Origin: an uncultured delta proteobacterium
GTDB lineage: Bacteria; Desulfobacterota; Syntrophobacteria; BM002
Assembly (NCBI GenBank): GCA_963712115.1
Contig: CAVQGX010000017.1
Span: 1 to 64,000 of the forward strand
Direction of reading: 5' to 3'
DNA: 64,000 nt
Shown here: positions 40,940-51,987 of the stretch, piece after piece
Layout of the letters: every line of letters starts with the position of its first letter
Position numbering within the stretch: position 1 is the first letter of the stretch
Notes under the pieces: generated by a model
Databases searched by the model: none
Seen by the model: only the letters and a program-made list of their open reading frames with translations
Told to the model about the DNA's origin: nothing
Position numbers and translations under genes: made by a program

Positions 40940-41124
40940 TAGCCCGGGTGTTTCAGGAATTGCTGTCGCGAGACCGTGGAGATGGCTGTGCCACTGGGCA
41001 ACCGCAGGGGGTTGGATCCCGAGGCGTACTTGAACAGTACGTCGCAGGGTCCAACACCCGAGGACGCCCGGAAGCACGGTCATATCCTCGGTCGCAGCAG
41101 GCAACTCGTGAAATATCCGGGCTA
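40940..41124 (+). repeat. 185-nt rod-like hairpin element (MITE-like or ncRNA)
   Basis: TAGCCCGGGTGTTTCA pairs with TGAAATATCCGGGCTA; stacked helices run to the apex GGCGTACT-TGAAC-AGTACGTC. Confidence 0.8.
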
Positions 41125-41190
41125 AAGGAATTTGCGGCCAAAAGTAGCAGATTTTCCGAATAACAGTCAACCGAATAGTCTCTTACTAAC

Positions 41191-41240
41191 TTGACAGTAA
41201 TTATTTATTATCTTAATATATGAGCATATATTCAGACAAT
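41191..41240 (+). promoter_or_regulatory. Sigma70 promoter with overlapping ArsR/SmtB-type operator
   Basis: TTGACA-17-TAATAT; TGAGCA-TA-TATTCA resembles the SmtB/CadC inverted-repeat core. Confidence 0.7.
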
Positions 41241-41254
41241 GATGGAGGTACATC

Positions 41255-41614
41255 TTGCCAAAACAAAGCAGCGACCTTTGCGATTGTCGCCTCATCCACC
41301 GGCAGGTGGTGGAAGAGGCTATTGCTTCATCTCTCGACCCCGATGAAATAGGGACCTTGGCCCAGATATTCAAGGCCTTGGCCGATGAAACCAGGTTGAA
41401 AATCCTTTGGGCTTTGGAAAAGCGAGAGATGTGCGTGTGTGATTTGGCCGCCATGCTTGGCTTGACCGAATCGGCGGTTAGCCATCAACTCCGTCTGCTC
41501 AGGAATCTGCAACTTGTCACCAATCGGCGCGATGGGGTGGTGCTCTACTATCGCCTTGCCGACAACCACGTGTCCCAGTTGATCAGAATCACTCTGGAGC
41601 ACTTGCGGGATTGA
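41255..41614 (+). CDS. ArsR/SmtB family metalloregulator (CadC/SmtB-like)
   Basis: FKALADETRLKI, EMCVCDLA and SAVSHQLRLLR motifs; N-terminal Cys residues. Confidence 0.93.
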   Translation: MPKQSSDLCDCRLIHRQVVEEAIASSLDPDEIGTLAQIFKALADETRLKILWALEKREMCVCDLAAMLGLTESAVSHQLRLLRNLQLVTNRRDGVVLYYRLADNHVSQLIRITLEHLRD

Positions 41615-41621
41615 TAAATTA

Positions 41622-42731
41622 ATGACTTTTATTGGCCAAATACTACTCATTAGTTGGGAGCTCTTCCTGGAGGCAGCACCCTATCTTTTCTTAGGCATCC
41701 TGGTGGCTGGACTCTTGTATCTTTTCCTTGCCCCTGAAACCATAGCCAAGCATCTCAATAGGGGAAGGATAAGCTCTGTTTTCAAGGCAGCCCTCCTTGG
41801 CATTCCCCTGCCTCTTTGCTCTTGTGGGGTCTTGCCAGCGGCTGCAAGTTTGAGAAAACAGGGGGCCAACAAGGGAGCTACCGCTGCCTTCCTCATCTCT
41901 ACTCCTGAATCTGGAGTTGACTCAATCGCTATAACCTACGCCCTCTTAGATCCCCTCATGACCCTTATTCGACCCCTTGCCGCTTTTATCACCGCTTTTG
42001 CCGCAGGTATTATGGAAAACCTCTTTGATTGGGGAGACAGGGAAAAAGGGTTGCCCCCAGTGGTCGACCCTGGTTGCCGGGTTGATGGCTGCTGCGACGG
42101 TCAAAATTGCCCCCCTGAGGAACATAACAAACACCACACTCTGGTTGAGAAATTGTGGAAGGGTATCAGCTATGGTTTCTTCGATCTTTATCGGGAGTTA
42201 TCCGGCTGGATTTTTGCCGGCTTCTTGGTGGCCGGAGTAATTACTCTCTGGCTACCTGAGGATCTGACCAGCAGGTACCTTGGCGGCGGTTTCCTTACCA
42301 TGCTTTTCATGCTTGCCGCCGGTATTCCCACCTATATCTGCGCCACCGCCTCTACCCCGGTAGCTGCCGCCTTGATCTTGAAAGGGGTGAGCCCTGGTGC
42401 GGCACTGGTGTTCCTCCTTGCTGGTCCGGCCACCAATATCGCCTCGCTCACAGTACTGACTCGAGTGCTGGGGAGGCGCGGGGTAGTTATCTACTTGGGG
42501 TCCATCGCCATCTTTGCGGTGCTTTTCGGATTGGCTACTGATTGGCTCTATGCTTCCCTGGGGATTTCCCTGCAAACCAAACTGGCCACTTCAACAACTG
42601 AACTGCTGCCCGGCTGGCTTCACCTGACCCTAGCCTTAGTGTTGGCAATCCTTATGCTTGCCTTTTTTGTCCGCGCCACCGTTTCGTTCCTCAGAGCCAA
42701 AATTAATCTAACCCCTCAGCATCATGGCTAA
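41622..42731 (+). CDS. DUF318 permease, SO_0444-like metal efflux transporter
   Basis: PLPLCSCGVLP, FLISTPESGVDS and YICATASTP motifs; Cys/His-rich central loop. Confidence 0.88.
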   Translation: MTFIGQILLISWELFLEAAPYLFLGILVAGLLYLFLAPETIAKHLNRGRISSVFKAALLGIPLPLCSCGVLPAAASLRKQGANKGATAAFLISTPESGVDSIAITYALLDPLMTLIRPLAAFITAFAAGIMENLFDWGDREKGLPPVVDPGCRVDGCCDGQNCPPEEHNKHHTLVEKLWKGISYGFFDLYRELSGWIFAGFLVAGVITLWLPEDLTSRYLGGGFLTMLFMLAAGIPTYICATASTPVAAALILKGVSPGAALVFLLAGPATNIASLTVLTRVLGRRGVVIYLGSIAIFAVLFGLATDWLYASLGISLQTKLATSTTELLPGWLHLTLALVLAILMLAFFVRATVSFLRAKINLTPQHHG

Positions 42732-42873
42732 GTCATGGTCCGCATGGCAGGAAGCGCATAGCGAAAAATACTTCCTCTCAACGCTATGCGATCTTACCTT
42801 TAAATCCCGTCAGGGGAGGGGTAAGGAGCTTTCTGGGTGGAGGTCCAGATTGGGCCGGGCAGGACAGCTGATC

Positions 42874-43071
42874 TTAACCCTAATGTTGCAAACCCAGACC
42901 GGCCAAAACCGCTGCGCTCGCGCGATACCACGCCATCTGCAGCTGTGCTCGCCTCGGACAGGACTTCACGTACGGTCAAGTACGCCTCGACCTATCCGAG
43001 CCTGTGCGTAGCCACATCTGGCGCACTCTTGCGCGTTTTTCCTGGGTATGGGTCTGCAACATTAGGGTTAA
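42874..43071 (-). repeat. 198-nt rod-like hairpin element, same apical core as 40940..41124, inverted
   Basis: TTAACCCTAATGTTGCAAACCCA pairs with TGGGTCTGCAACATTAGGGTTAA; minus-strand core CGAGGCGTACTTGACCGTACGT. Confidence 0.8.
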
Positions 43072-43073
43072 TC

Positions 43074-43102
43074 TTGACAAGACCCTTAGTTGGCATTACT
43101 TT
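43074..43102 (+). promoter_or_regulatory. Sigma70-type promoter for htpX
   Basis: TTGACA-17-TACTTT immediately after the hairpin element. Confidence 0.5.
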
Positions 43103-43236
43103 TTGCCTGGACCAGAAAAATATTGTGGAAAGATTAACTACCGATATTTACGGGAAAAATTTTCTTAAAATTGAGCGATTCATGAAACATCCGGGTTAAA
43201 GTAGTTTCTGCGACTTTTTGACAGGAGGTAAAATCC

Positions 43237-44094
43237 ATGATGGCCAACCAGTTTAAAACCACGGTTTTGCTGGCAGCCTTAACCGTACTCATCGTTCTCA
43301 TCGGCAGAACGTTTGGCGGCAATCAAGGCATGATGATTGCCTTTATTTTCGCCATGCTCATGAACTTCGGCAGTTACTGGTTTTCAGACAAGATTGTCCT
43401 TGCCATGTATCGGGCCAAGGAGTTAACCCCCAGTGAAGCTCCGGAAATTCACCAGATGGTGGCGGAGTTGGCCCAAAACGGAGGTTTGCCTAAACCGCGC
43501 ATTTATCTAATTCCCTCTGAAACCCCAAATGCCTTTGCAACCGGTCGCAATCCGGAACATGCAGTGGTGGCTGTTACCCAAGGTATCGTCCGGCTACTAA
43601 ACGACGATGAGCTAAAAGGTGTGTTGGCCCATGAATTGGGACATGTAAGAAATCGGGACATTCTGATTGGCTCCATTGCCGCCACCCTGGCAGGAGTGGT
43701 GATGATGCTCGCCAGCATGGCTCGCTTTGCCGCCATTTTTGGCATGGGGAGTTCTGATGACGACAGAGGAGGAGGCAACATATTCGGTCTCATTCTCATG
43801 TCCATTCTCGCTCCCTTTGCAGCAATGCTCATCCAAATGGCCATCTCCCGCTCTCGGGAATACCTGGCTGATGAGACTGGCGCCCGTTTGGCAGGAAATC
43901 CCAAAAGTCTGGCCAGTGCCCTGGAAAAGTTAGCCTACGCCTCAAAGCGCATACCCATGCAGGAGGCCAAGCCAGCAACGGCACATATGTTCATAGTCAA
44001 CCCGCTGAGTGGTGGTGGCTTTGCCAGCTGGTTCAGTACCCATCCACCTATGGAAGAACGCGTTCGCCGTCTGCGGGCCATGTCCCTTGCCTGA
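43237..44094 (+). CDS. htpX: Zinc metalloprotease HtpX
   Basis: [22 protein letters not shown] and STHPP motifs. Confidence 0.96.
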   Translation: MMANQFKTTVLLAALTVLIVLIGRTFGGNQGMMIAFIFAMLMNFGSYWFSDKIVLAMYRAKELTPSEAPEIHQMVAELAQNGGLPKPRIYLIPSETPNAFATGRNPEHAVVAVTQGIVRLLNDDELKGVLAHELGHVRNRDILIGSIAATLAGVVMMLASMARFAAIFGMGSSDDDRGGGNIFGLILMSILAPFAAMLIQMAISRSREYLADETGARLAGNPKSLASALEKLAYASKRIPMQEAKPATAHMFIVNPLSGGGFASWFSTHPPMEERVRRLRAMSLA

Positions 44095-44125
44095 TCTCAG
44101 CACCCTTTCTCCACAGTAACTCTGC

Positions 44126-44150
44126 CGGCGGGGTTTTGCCCCGCCGTTTT
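44126..44150 (+). terminator. Intrinsic terminator after htpX
   Basis: CGGCGGGG-TTTTG-CCCCGCCG followed by TTTT. Confidence 0.7.
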
Positions 44151-44261
44151 ACTTTGTGCCGTTACGCTGAGCGCTAAGCGCATAGCGCTATGCTTAGCGA
44201 GACGGGAGGTCGGGAGGTCGAGCGAGACGAAATACAATAGCATCAAGATTCTAGACAATGA

Positions 44262-45722
<1,461 letters not shown>

Positions 45723-45729
45723 CCCCGGA

Positions 45730-46095
45730 TTACCAGAGGTCCCCTTTCTTCTTGTACTGTTTGACAATGGTGTCGTGTAAGCGCTTGCGCTCTCTAGGGG
45801 ACAACCGGGTAAAGCGAACCACCATACCACGGGGGGTTATTTCATCATCGGGACCGTATCTGTTTGACCAAATCACCTCGCCTTCAGCCAGCAGGGCCTC
45901 TTTTTCGGAAAACCGTATGCTCATACTGGCCACGTCATACAACCGCAGCGGATCTTTACAGCGGACAAATGCTTGCTGGGTGCTAATGTGCTTGGTTTCT
46001 CCTCTCATTTGCCCGTCTGCCGTAAGCACGACAACGGGATACTTGGCGTCTACTTTTAGATTCTGGTGCCCCTTTTTTACCTTTAGTGTATTCAA
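45730..46095 (-). CDS. PilZ-like domain protein
   Basis: T.(N/H)IS...AF, GEVIWSN and GM.VRF pattern; the RxxxR motif is not evident. Confidence 0.65.
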   Translation of the reverse strand: MNTLKVKKGHQNLKVDAKYPVVVLTADGQMRGETKHISTQQAFVRCKDPLRLYDVASMSIRFSEKEALLAEGEVIWSNRYGPDDEITPRGMVVRFTRLSPRERKRLHDTIVKQYKKKGDLW

Positions 46096-46218
46096 AATTA
46101 TACCTCCCTGGATTTAGGGTTGACTGCTCATCTAGTGGAGTAACCTTCTAGGTTCGCCTTTTCCTTAGAAAATTTGTCTTGTCGGGGTGAATGGTAATGA
46201 TTACGTCCATTGGGTTTG

Positions 46219-46234
46219 TGCAAAGGATGTACCA
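46219..46234 (-). promoter_or_regulatory. Sigma54 (-24/-12) promoter for the PilZ-like gene
   Basis: TGGTAC-ATCCT-TTGCA on the minus strand. Confidence 0.6.
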
Positions 46235-46420
46235 GGCAAAGAGATTGGAGATTTTAGATTTTAGATTGCACATCGGAGAATGGAGATTAGGGGATCTTTT
46301 CGCTTCGCCTTGAACGAATCTTAAATCTGCAATCATAAGTCTAAAATAAAAAATCTTCTCTTGACAAAACCACTAGACTTTTATAGTGTTGCAAGTCTCT
46401 TTTGGTCAAAGGTACAAAAT

Positions 46421-46510
46421 ATGCGCATGGGAGCAACATATTCCTTAGTAGTTAGAGCTGGACGGTTCTTTTTCTTTTGCTTTTTTAGGACCGTCCGCCC
46501 GGCTTCCTAG
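46421..46510 (+). CDS. Phe-rich leader peptide MRMGATYSLVVRAGRFFFFCFFRTVRPAS (pheL-like)
   Basis: 29-codon ORF with six Phe codons among seven consecutive codons, upstream of the aroF-pheA fusion and followed by alternative hairpins. Confidence 0.85.
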   Translation: MRMGATYSLVVRAGRFFFFCFFRTVRPAS

Positions 46511-46579
46511 CGCTATGCCCCGGGCGGACCGAAAGCGGTCGCCTCGGGGGTAATATCCTGGCTTTCAGTTCTTGAGCAT

Positions 46580-46617
46580 AAGCCCCGAGGTGGCTAACCT
46601 CGGGGCTTTTCTTTTTT
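46580..46617 (+). terminator. Attenuator terminator
   Basis: AAGCCCCGAGG-TGGCTAA-CCTCGGGGCTT followed by TTCTTTTTT, just before the aroF RBS. Confidence 0.9.
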
Positions 46618-46645
46618 ACATTCACAATTGTAAGGAGTATTTCCA

Positions 46646-48523
46646 ATGATTCTCGTCTTGAAACAGGGCATAGGTGAGGAAGAGATAGAGCAGATCAGGA
46701 GCATTCTTCGGCAGGAGGGTTATCTTATTCGCGAGATGAGTGCCGGAGACGAAACGGTTATCGGCGTGGTGGGTCAGGTAAGCCGCGATCTCCGATTTTT
46801 TGAACAACTGCCGGGCGTAGCCAAGGTAGTTCCAGTGTCTCGTCCCTATAAGCTTGTTAGCCGAGAGATGCATCCTGAAGACACGGTAGTCCAGATTGGC
46901 GATGTACAGCTAGGCGGTCCACGGATTGTGGTGATTGCCGGCCCCTGTGCCGTAGAAAGCCGCGAACAAGCCATGACCATCGCCAAAAAGGTCAAGAGTG
47001 CCGGCGCTGTTCTCTTTCGCGGCGGCGCCTTTAAGCCGCGGACGTCGCCCTACTCTTTCCAGGGACTGGGTGAGGAAGGCTTGAGGATTCTCGCCCAGGT
47101 CAGAGAAGAAACTGGACTGCGGGTCGCAACTGAGATGACCTCTCCTAATCAGGCGGACCTCATGATGAAGTACGTGGACGTCATCCAGATCGGCGCCCGC
47201 AATATGCAAAACTTCGAATTGCTTCGGAGCGCCGGCCGTCTCGGCAAACCCGTGTTGCTAAAAAGGGGCCTCTCAGCCACCATGGAAGAATGGCTGATGT
47301 CGGCGGAATACATACTGTCAGAGGGTAATGACCAAGTCATCCTCTGCGAGCGTGGCATTCGTACCTTTGAGCGTTACACTCGCAATACCTTAGATCTATC
47401 TGCCATTCCCATAATTAAAAATCTCACTCACCTGCCGGTGGTCATCGATCCCAGCCATGCTACTGGCCTCAGGGAGAAGGTCAGTCCCATGGCTCGCGCG
47501 GCTATTGCCGCTGGTGCTGACGGTCTTATGATCGAAGTACATCACGATCCAACCAATGCCCTCTCGGACGGCCCCCAGAGTCTTTACCCTGAACAGTTTG
47601 AACAGTTAATGCGAGACCTTTATGTGATTGCCCCTGTAGTGGGAAAACAGCTTGATTTTGCCTACTTGGAGAAAGCCGCTTCGGCTTCTGGTCTGCCTTC
47701 TGTGAAAACCGGCGGTCGGAGGCGTGCTGTTTTCGCTGGTGAAATGCGTGCTTTCGCCCAAAAAGCTGCAAGCCAATTTTTTGGCAGCGACATTAATATC
47801 GATCCGGTTTCTTCGTTCCGAGATGTTTTTCGAGAAGTAAAAGAAGGGAATTGTGACTTCGGGGTAATTCCTTTGGAAAATTCGCTAACAGGCAGTATCC
47901 ATGAAAACTACGATCATCTATTGGAATATGAGGTTAGAATTGTTGGGGAGATAACCCTCCGTATTGTTCACGCCCTCATCGGTCATCCGGGGACGGAACT
48001 TCATACGATTAGACGAGTTATTTCTCATCCTCAAGCCCTCGAACAATGTCGCGATTTCTTGGAACGTCAACCTGGTTGGGAACTTGTTGCAGCCAGGGAC
48101 ACAGCTACCGCTGTGCGCCGCATCAAAGAAGGAGGCGAGTCAGGGGAAGTTGCCATTGCAGCAAGAGAAGCGGCAGATCTCTACGGTCTGAGTGTGCTCA
48201 AGGAAGGCATTGAGACCAACCCCAGAAACTATACCCGCTTTGCTGTAATAGCAGCAAGGGCAGTAAACAACGGCCCGAGGAAAAAATCTTCCCTGGTCTA
48301 CTCCACCAGTAATAAGCCCGGCGCTTTATTTGATACCCTACAGATATTTGCTGAAAACGGAATCAATCTGGTCAAGTTGGAATCCAGGCCCATCCACGGC
48401 AAACCCTGGGAGTACATGTTTTATGTTGATATCGAGGCCGACGTGGACTCTAACGAACTCGCGGGGGTAATGGGGCAGCTGTCTGAGAAGACAGAGTACC
48501 TCAGAGTATTGGGAAGCTACTGA
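46646..48523 (+). CDS. aroF: DAHP synthase (type I-beta) fused to prephenate dehydratase-ACT
   Basis: [28 protein letters not shown] and DPSHATG, then PLENS, SHPQAL, NYTRF and LESRP. Confidence 0.93.
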   Translation: MILVLKQGIGEEEIEQIRSILRQEGYLIREMSAGDETVIGVVGQVSRDLRFFEQLPGVAKVVPVSRPYKLVSREMHPEDTVVQIGDVQLGGPRIVVIAGPCAVESREQAMTIAKKVKSAGAVLFRGGAFKPRTSPYSFQGLGEEGLRILAQVREETGLRVATEMTSPNQADLMMKYVDVIQIGARNMQNFELLRSAGRLGKPVLLKRGLSATMEEWLMSAEYILSEGNDQVILCERGIRTFERYTRNTLDLSAIPIIKNLTHLPVVIDPSHATGLREKVSPMARAAIAAGADGLMIEVHHDPTNALSDGPQSLYPEQFEQLMRDLYVIAPVVGKQLDFAYLEKAASASGLPSVKTGGRRRAVFAGEMRAFAQKAASQFFGSDINIDPVSSFRDVFREVKEGNCDFGVIPLENSLTGSIHENYDHLLEYEVRIVGEITLRIVHALIGHPGTELHTIRRVISHPQALEQCRDFLERQPGWELVAARDTATAVRRIKEGGESGEVAIAAREAADLYGLSVLKEGIETNPRNYTRFAVIAARAVNNGPRKKSSLVYSTSNKPGALFDTLQIFAENGINLVKLESRPIHGKPWEYMFYVDIEADVDSNELAGVMGQLSEKTEYLRVLGSY

Positions 48524-48530
48524 GGGTTTA

Positions 48531-48624
48531 AACACTAGGGACTAGGAACTAGGCACTATGCACCAAAAGAACTATTCCGGTTGATTTGTCATGGTGCTTA
48601 GTGCTTACTGCCTAGTGCCTAGTA
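48531..48624. repeat. ACTAGGC-type heptamer palindrome between convergent genes
   Basis: AACACTAGGGACTAGGAACTAGGCACTATGCACCA versus TGGTGCTTAGTGCTTACTGCCTAGTGCCTAGT. Confidence 0.75.
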
Positions 48625-49419
48625 GTTTTCCTGCCCGCTGTCAGCTGCCTGCTGCTTGCTTTCTACCAGGCCTTCTCCCAGCGTCTTGAGAATGATCTCT
48701 GGTCCCTTGCCGAATTCTCTCTCCCATTTTCTTATGTGGCCCTGATCTGCGAAGCTGTAGTAGTGGTTTCGCCCGATGATCAAGTGGTCCAATACCTGGA
48801 TGGACATTATCTTTCCTGCTAGAAAGAGATCGCGGGTGATGGTGAAATCTTGGCTGGAGGGCGTGGGGTCGCCAGATGGATGGTTGTGGGCGAAAACTAG
48901 TGCTGCCGCATGATGATCAAGAGCGCTCTTGATCACTTCCCGCGGATAGACCGCGCTGGAGGTGAGACTACCCTCAAACAGAGTCTCCACTTGGATGACC
49001 TCGTTGCGGCCATTGAGGAAAATTACTTTGAAAATCTCCTTCTTCAAGTCACGGAGAGAGTGGATAAGGTATTCGTAAACTTCCTTGGAAGAGGAGATGA
49101 ACTCACGGCCTTTAAGTCTTTCCCGCAAAAACTTGCGGGCGACTTCATGCACCAGTTTCAAACCAAGTGCATTCTTAGGCCCAATTCCCGGAACTTGTCG
49201 GAGCTGATCCTCCGGAGCTTCCAACACCCCAGCAAGACCTTGGAATCGGCGGAGAGCTTCACGGGCGATATGTTTGCAGTCTCGTCTCGGAGTTCCCAGG
49301 GTAAGGAGAAGTTCTATAGTTTCCTCATCAGTTAGCTTCTCAAGGCCATGATTCAGGAACTTTTGCCTGAGCCGCTCACGATGGCCTGCTATACGCTTTT
49401 GCCAGTCTCCCTTTTCCAT
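48619..49419 (-). CDS. radC: RadC family JAB-domain protein
   Basis: GHRERLR, HhH motif VPGIG, VYPREV, HNHPSGDPTPS..D and LDHLIIG. Confidence 0.93.
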   Translation of the reverse strand: MEKGDWQKRIAGHRERLRQKFLNHGLEKLTDEETIELLLTLGTPRRDCKHIAREALRRFQGLAGVLEAPEDQLRQVPGIGPKNALGLKLVHEVARKFLRERLKGREFISSSKEVYEYLIHSLRDLKKEIFKVIFLNGRNEVIQVETLFEGSLTSSAVYPREVIKSALDHHAAALVFAHNHPSGDPTPSSQDFTITRDLFLAGKIMSIQVLDHLIIGRNHYYSFADQGHIRKWEREFGKGPEIILKTLGEGLVESKQQAADSGQENY

Positions 49420-49466
49420 TTGAGTGCCCCCTTTTCCAGCTTTCGGCTTTTCGCCGAAAGCTGCCA

Positions 49467-49585
49467 CTAGAGACTAAGCACTAGGCACTATGCACTAGAG
49501 TGAATAGGGATAATATCCGGTTCTCGGTGTTTAGTGCTTAGTCCTAGTGCCTAGTCTCTTTTCTGCTTACTGCCTAGTGCCTAGT
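49467..49585. repeat. ACTAGGC-type heptamer palindrome
   Basis: ACTAGAGACTAAGCACTAGGCACTATGCAC versus GTGTTTAGTGCTTAGTCCTAGTGCCTAGT. Confidence 0.75.
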
Positions 49586-49652
49586 CGGAAGTAGTTCATA
49601 GTGCCCCGTCTTATTCATGCTATGCCTGCGCATGCGCTATGCGCTCTGCGGG

Positions 49653-50663
49653 TTACATATCGACTCCTGCCACTGGGGTCTGACAATCAGGACAACGACC
49701 TTTTTTGATATTATACTGGCCGGTAGCGAAGCCGAAGCGATCTATTAGTAATCGACCGCAGTGATGGCAAAGGGTTTTCTCCCCTTGATCACCCGGCAAG
49801 TTCCCCGTGTATACGTAGTGCAGTCCAACCTCTAGGCCGACCTCCCGAGCCCTTTTCAGCGTAGCCACGGGCGTGCTCGGGACATCCCTGAGCTTATAGG
49901 TTGGGTGAAATCGACTTACATGCCAGGGAGTCTCTGGTCCCAATGCAAGGATAAACTTGGCGATTTCTGACAGTTCCCTGCTACTGTCGTTGACACCGGG
50001 GATTACCAGGGTTGTGACCTCTACCCACACCCCCATGCCTTTTAGTTTTTGCAACGATTCCAATACAGGTGCGAGCTTGGCCCCGCACTGCTCTTTATAG
50101 AAATCATCGCTGAAGGCTTTTAGGTCCACATTGGCCGCGTCCAGATAGGGATTGATGAGATCAAGAGCTTCCGAGGTCATATAGCCGTTAGTTACAAAGA
50201 TGTTTTTCATATCGAAGGAGTGTGCCAGCTTGGCTGTCTCATAGGCATACTCAAAAAAGATGGTTGGTTCAGTATAAGTATAGGAAATAGATCGGCAGTC
50301 ACTTTGTCGGGCAGATAGCACTATCTTTTCGGGGGGAAACTCCTCGCCCATGATCCGTTTATTCTCTCTGGGCATTTGGGAAATGTCAGCGTTTTGGCAG
50401 AAGAGGCAACGAAAGTTGCAACCAACAGTGGCTATGGAGTATGTGCGGCTTCCCGGCTGGAAGTGGAACAGTGGCTTCTTCTCCACCGGATCCACGTGCC
50501 TAGCGATTGTCCGACCGTATACCAGGCTTTGTAGACGTCCGCTTTGGTTTTCTCGGACGCCGCAAATTCCCCGCTTTAGATCTTTAATGACACAGCGGTG
50601 AGCGCAGAGATGGCACTGAACCTTTTGGTCCTCTTGGCTCTCATAAAGCATTGCCTCTCGCAT
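49653..50663 (-). CDS. amrS: AmmeMemoRadiSam system radical SAM enzyme
   Basis: CNFRCLFC, DPVEKKPLFHF, YTYTEPTIF and WHVSRFHP motifs; N-terminal Cys cluster. Confidence 0.92.
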   Translation of the reverse strand: MREAMLYESQEDQKVQCHLCAHRCVIKDLKRGICGVRENQSGRLQSLVYGRTIARHVDPVEKKPLFHFQPGSRTYSIATVGCNFRCLFCQNADISQMPRENKRIMGEEFPPEKIVLSARQSDCRSISYTYTEPTIFFEYAYETAKLAHSFDMKNIFVTNGYMTSEALDLINPYLDAANVDLKAFSDDFYKEQCGAKLAPVLESLQKLKGMGVWVEVTTLVIPGVNDSSRELSEIAKFILALGPETPWHVSRFHPTYKLRDVPSTPVATLKRAREVGLEVGLHYVYTGNLPGDQGEKTLCHHCGRLLIDRFGFATGQYNIKKGRCPDCQTPVAGVDM

Positions 50664-50946
50664 AGAAGAATTACCTTGGGTGGAGGGGCAAGAAAACAAC
50701 TACAGGACGAAGCCCGTCCGACTTCGAGCGCACGCTGGTAAACTAGGCACTAGACATAGAGGAAGGCAAGTAATTGAGACGAAATAAACCTGGATGTGAA
50801 TTTGACATTTTGAATTTGGATTCTGGATTTCTGAGAGATTCGAATTTATACTATGCCATTTCTCCATTCTGATCTGGCTCCTGACTTCTTGCTCTTACTG
50901 CCTGGTGCATAGTTCTTATCGCTAAGTAACTTCTGCTAATGAAACA

Positions 50947-51765
50947 CTAGGGATGCAGAATTGCCTCGGGTGGCCGTTTTTCTTTCCACACGGGTGGTGA
51001 TGAAAACACCCTGAGGGTACCCTGAGGCAGTTGACCATGCTTTTTGTGCAGTGGGGTAGTCAGGTGATCTTTGCAGGTGATAAAGCGATAGCAAATGTCT
51101 ACTTGCATTGAAATAAAGGCACCCAGAGGATTTTGTTGAAAAAAGGGATGGCCCTCTACAGTCTGCGCAACCTTAGAAAGGGTCAAGGGGAAGAAGATCA
51201 CCGTGCCCCACCGGACTGGGGTTGGTCCCAGGATCCTGTTAATCATCTCCTTGAGTTCCCACACGCTGAAAAAACGAGCCTGGCGATAGATGCTATCCCC
51301 TATTAGACCCTTGAGGCGACGGTTTATGGCCATGAAGGCATATTTGTTCAATACCCCCAGGACTACTCGGCGGCGAGTCACCCTAAAAGCCTCGGCCAGC
51401 GCTTTCTCAGGATCTTGCACAAACTCCAGGGTGTTGATCAAAGTGGATAGGTCGAACTCATTGTCCTCGAAGGGGAGATGCTCGGCCCAACCAAGGTGGA
51501 GATCCGCACTTTCCCGCAGTCGACTTCGGGCTCGCTCCAGCATGTAAGGACTTGCGTCCAGGCCGGTAACTTGGAGCCCCAAGTCTCTAAACCACTCGAG
51601 GTGAATACCTGTGCCTGAGCCAATATCCAGGAGACGTTCCCCGGGGCGGGGTTCCAGATGGCGTTTGATCAGTTCGCGCTCCAGTTTAAGCGCCTGCGCA
51701 CCACCCGGCCTCTGGTACCATTCATCATAGTGCCGGGCGCACTTATGATCAAACCCGCACTTCAA
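50947..51765 (-). CDS. Class I SAM-dependent methyltransferase
   Basis: LLDIGSGTG, AEHLPFEDNEFD and LAEAFRV; TTG start at 51765 behind GGAGG. Confidence 0.88.
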   Translation of the reverse strand: MKCGFDHKCARHYDEWYQRPGGAQALKLERELIKRHLEPRPGERLLDIGSGTGIHLEWFRDLGLQVTGLDASPYMLERARSRLRESADLHLGWAEHLPFEDNEFDLSTLINTLEFVQDPEKALAEAFRVTRRRVVLGVLNKYAFMAINRRLKGLIGDSIYRQARFFSVWELKEMINRILGPTPVRWGTVIFFPLTLSKVAQTVEGHPFFQQNPLGAFISMQVDICYRFITCKDHLTTPLHKKHGQLPQGTLRVFSSPPVWKEKRPPEAILHP

Positions 51766-51987
51766 GTCAATTCCTCCCCATTGGTCATGGTTTAGCACTA
51801 TTATAACAGTCTTGCCGTCATTCTCAAATTTTGACCATCAGACTGAGCACTTTGGTAATTTCGAATTGCGAATTGCGAATTTCGAAATTATCAGACGTGA
51901 CCTCCAATCACTGTCGTCTGTCCTCTGTCTTCTGACCTCTGAGCCCTGGCTCCTTACTCTATGCTCCACGCTCCATGCCCTATGCCA

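Noticed and set aside
40856-41170. Short ORFs over the first rod hairpin, and 6S RNA as its identity
   Set aside because: The ORFs have no recognisable motifs. The hairpin lacks a clear large central bubble and the usual zapA/ygfA context, and has a second related copy nearby, so a repeat element fits better; an Rfam scan would settle it.
42724-43199. ORFs 42724..43011 and 42837..43199
   Set aside because: They overlap the second hairpin element and show no protein-like features.
48619-49467. radC as a marker of a mobile element
   Set aside because: Full-length HhH plus JAB form among housekeeping genes, with no integrase or conjugation genes nearby.
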